From Candidatus Lokiarchaeum ossiferum (GTDB taxonomy: Archaea; Asgardarchaeota; Lokiarchaeia; Sigyniarchaeales; Promethearchaeaceae), in assembly GCA_025839675.1 (NCBI GenBank), contig CP104013.1:1050001-1082000 (forward strand): a DNA stretch of 32,000 nt, written 5' to 3'. How positions within the stretch are numbered: position 1 is the first letter of the stretch; the number at the start of each line of letters is the position of its first letter. A model generated the notes under the pieces. The model was not told the DNA's origin. It ran no database searches and saw only the letters and a program-made list of their open reading frames with translations. A program made the position numbers and the translations under genes. This document shows, piece by piece, positions 30,313 to 32,000 of the stretch.

Positions 30313-30774
30313 ATGCTTATACAAAAGAATGAATCTTTAGACAATGGAGGCAATGTAAAGTTAAAAGAAATAACGCAATCTTTTGATTTATTAACGACTT
30401 CAAAATTGCTAAAAAATAAAAAAAAGAATCTATTTAATCAAGGAATTAATAGGGCATTTTCACTTCATTATGATGAGATACATAATAATGCGATAAAACA
30501 ACAGATAACCATGAGCTTTAATGAAACTATTTTCGATGTGAAAGAAAATTTATTAGAGGAAACAATCGAGGAAATGATTAAATATTTCTTCTTCTCGCTT
30601 CAAATGAAATCTATTATCATAATTAGAAATTCCTTTTCTATCCCACTACAAACTCTGTTAGAAGAATTCGGGGATTTTTTTTCCAAAACAATAGAAATTA
30701 AAAAAAAGAGATGGTTGGATTATCAAGGATGCTTTTTTACAAGAAAATCAATATTCGATTCCAATTTTTTCTGA
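30313..30774 (+). CDS. Hypothetical protein (153 aa)
   Basis: It is an ATG-initiated ORF with AGGAG 9 nt upstream (ataGGAGaatatcttcATG). I recognise no motifs. Confidence 0.5.
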   Translation: MLIQKNESLDNGGNVKLKEITQSFDLLTTSKLLKNKKKNLFNQGINRAFSLHYDEIHNNAIKQQITMSFNETIFDVKENLLEETIEEMIKYFFFSLQMKSIIIIRNSFSIPLQTLLEEFGDFFSKTIEIKKKRWLDYQGCFFTRKSIFDSNFF

Positions 30775-30897
30775 ATTTTTTCAATATTTCTTTTCTATCA
30801 ACTAAATCTTCACTCATCACTCCCCCCTGATATTATCCATCGATATAAAAAAAAATTTGGGGATGAAAATTTAAGGAGAAAAAACGTACGTCTATTT

Positions 30898-31758
30898 ATG
30901 CAAGTTAAGATAACCAATGTTTATACAAATAAGGGGCAAAAGGAATTGCACTTAAAGGGAGCATGGGGAAATTCCTTTCTTATTGAATATCCTGATGATA
31001 AGATCCTATTTGATCTTGGCTGGAAAGGGAAAATATTCTTGCAAAACTTAACCCACTTGGGCCATTCTCCCAATGAAATTTCTTCGGTCGTTTTTTCCCA
31101 TGGACATCGAGACCATACAGGAAGTTTACCCCTCTTTCTTAAGAACAGAACAATAACAAAACCTTTATCCATTTATGGGCATCCTAGTATGACTGAACCA
31201 AAGAAACAGAAAATTTTGGGACCTATTCAACTCAACATGACATATCCAAACATGGATCAAATCGATCCAAATAAATATCAAGTACATTTAAACACTGATC
31301 CAGTGGAAATCCATGATAAATTATGGACAACAGGAGAAATTTTGAAGCGTAAAGAGAAGGATGGTACAAAAAAAGGATTGATACATAAAATAAACAACAC
31401 TTGGAAGCGAGATCCGTTGTTAGATGATCTATCCTTGATATTAGAAGCGAAGGAGGGATTGATAATAATTGGGGGTTGTATGCATGCAGGATTACTCAAT
31501 ACAATTGAACATGTTCATGATCAATTTAAAGCATCTGGAAAAAAAATCTCAACCATAATTGGAGGAACACATTTATTTACATCTTCACCTGAAGATATCG
31601 ACGCGATTATGCAAAAAATAGAAAATAAATATCAAATTGAACATTTTTATCTCAATCACTGCACCGGAACCAATGCACAAACAAAATTCAAAGAAAAATT
31701 CGGATCAGAAAGAGTTTCATCATGCCCTGTTGGTACACAATTATCTTTTGAAATTTGA
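30898..31758 (+). CDS. MBL-fold metallo-hydrolase (COG1237-like subgroup)
   Basis: The metal-binding motif is FSHGHRDHTG (HxHxDH). Downstream strings GGCMHAGLLNTIEHV, IIGGTHL and NHCTG are typical of the beta-lactamase-fold group often auto-annotated as dihydropterin-related synthases. Confidence 0.85.
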   Translation: MQVKITNVYTNKGQKELHLKGAWGNSFLIEYPDDKILFDLGWKGKIFLQNLTHLGHSPNEISSVVFSHGHRDHTGSLPLFLKNRTITKPLSIYGHPSMTEPKKQKILGPIQLNMTYPNMDQIDPNKYQVHLNTDPVEIHDKLWTTGEILKRKEKDGTKKGLIHKINNTWKRDPLLDDLSLILEAKEGLIIIGGCMHAGLLNTIEHVHDQFKASGKKISTIIGGTHLFTSSPEDIDAIMQKIENKYQIEHFYLNHCTGTNAQTKFKEKFGSERVSSCPVGTQLSFEI

Positions 31759-31768
31759 TTTTTTAATT

Positions 31769-31999
31769 TTAATTATTAAGGAGAAGAACACAACCAGCAG
31801 AACATTTACAACACCCATCTTCTGATAATTGCGAACAAAGTCTACAATTCGGAAATTTACGCCCTTTCATTGCACCAATAGGAAGTTTTTGTATCGCTTT
31901 AAGCCTGGAAATTCGAATTGAAAGTGGAGATCCATAATATAAAGATTGAGAACCTTTCATTATATTTTTGGGACTAAATTCTCTTGTTTTAGATTCCAT
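31769..31999 (-). CDS. Cys-rich ORF at the window edge, possibly the C-terminal part of a longer gene; function unknown
   Basis: The C-terminus reads PNCRLCSQLSEDGCCKCSAGC (a metal- or Fe-S-like Cys cluster). The first Met codon sits 1 nt from the window end, so the true start cannot be determined. Confidence 0.35.
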   Translation of the reverse strand: MESKTREFSPKNIMKGSQSLYYGSPLSIRISRLKAIQKLPIGAMKGRKFPNCRLCSQLSEDGCCKCSAGCVLLLNN

Positions 32000-32000
32000 C

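Noticed and set aside
30921-31499. Minus-strand ORFs (30921..31172, 31278..31499) and plus-strand ORF 31637..31825 overlapping the MBL-fold gene
   Set aside because: The MBL gene has an unambiguous HxHxDH motif and full-length family features. The overlapping ORFs are antisense or out-of-frame noise.
1-32000. Search for CRISPR arrays, tRNA/rRNA genes, IS elements, integrases and prophage genes
   Set aside because: No regularly spaced direct repeats are present. No GC-rich cloverleaf-capable segments occur in the intergenic regions, all of which are very AT-rich. No transposase, integrase or phage hallmark motifs appear in any frame. The only DNA-level repeat is the in-frame 87-nt tandem repeat.

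Overview
The window is AT-rich (about 30% GC by eye), densely coding and looks archaeal. Supporting signs: GGTGA-type Shine-Dalgarno sites, TTTATATA-like boxes, oligo-T tracts instead of hairpin terminators, a HisKA_2 multi-PAS kinase, a REC-PAS-wHTH regulator, TrmB/HxlR/ArsR regulators and a sequon-rich surface protein. I cannot assign taxonomy from sequence alone. I found no rRNA, tRNA, CRISPR array, transposase or integrase.

The left 19.4 kb is one co-directional minus-strand cluster, listed here in transcription order:
- a 422-aa cytoplasmic protein with a possible longin/roadblock-like N-terminus;
- an ~895-aa TrmB-like wHTH protein with a long helical region, a disordered tail and a 29-aa tandem repeat;
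- a 1190-aa type-I membrane glycoprotein candidate with four to five ~100-aa Ig-like repeats;
- three tandem paralogous giant (~1120-aa) permeases, each a fused double MacB/FtsX module with 4+2+4 TM helices and two large ectodomains;
- a single MacB/LolD-type ABC ATPase with a C-terminal four-Cys zinc ribbon;
- a partial small membrane protein at the window edge.

I consider this cluster the best candidate for an undescribed system: a type VII ABC 'mechanotransmission' machine coupled to a surface protein and cytoplasmic adaptor or regulator proteins. The function is inference only.

The right 12.5 kb is a regulator-rich accessory-like region. It holds a histidine phosphatase, an ArsR / 6xPAS HisKA_2 kinase / REC-PAS-wHTH operon, an HxlR regulator divergent from an alpha/beta-hydrolase + SAM-methyltransferase pair, a double-wHTH protein, an MBL-fold hydrolase, a polytopic membrane protein and several hypothetical genes.
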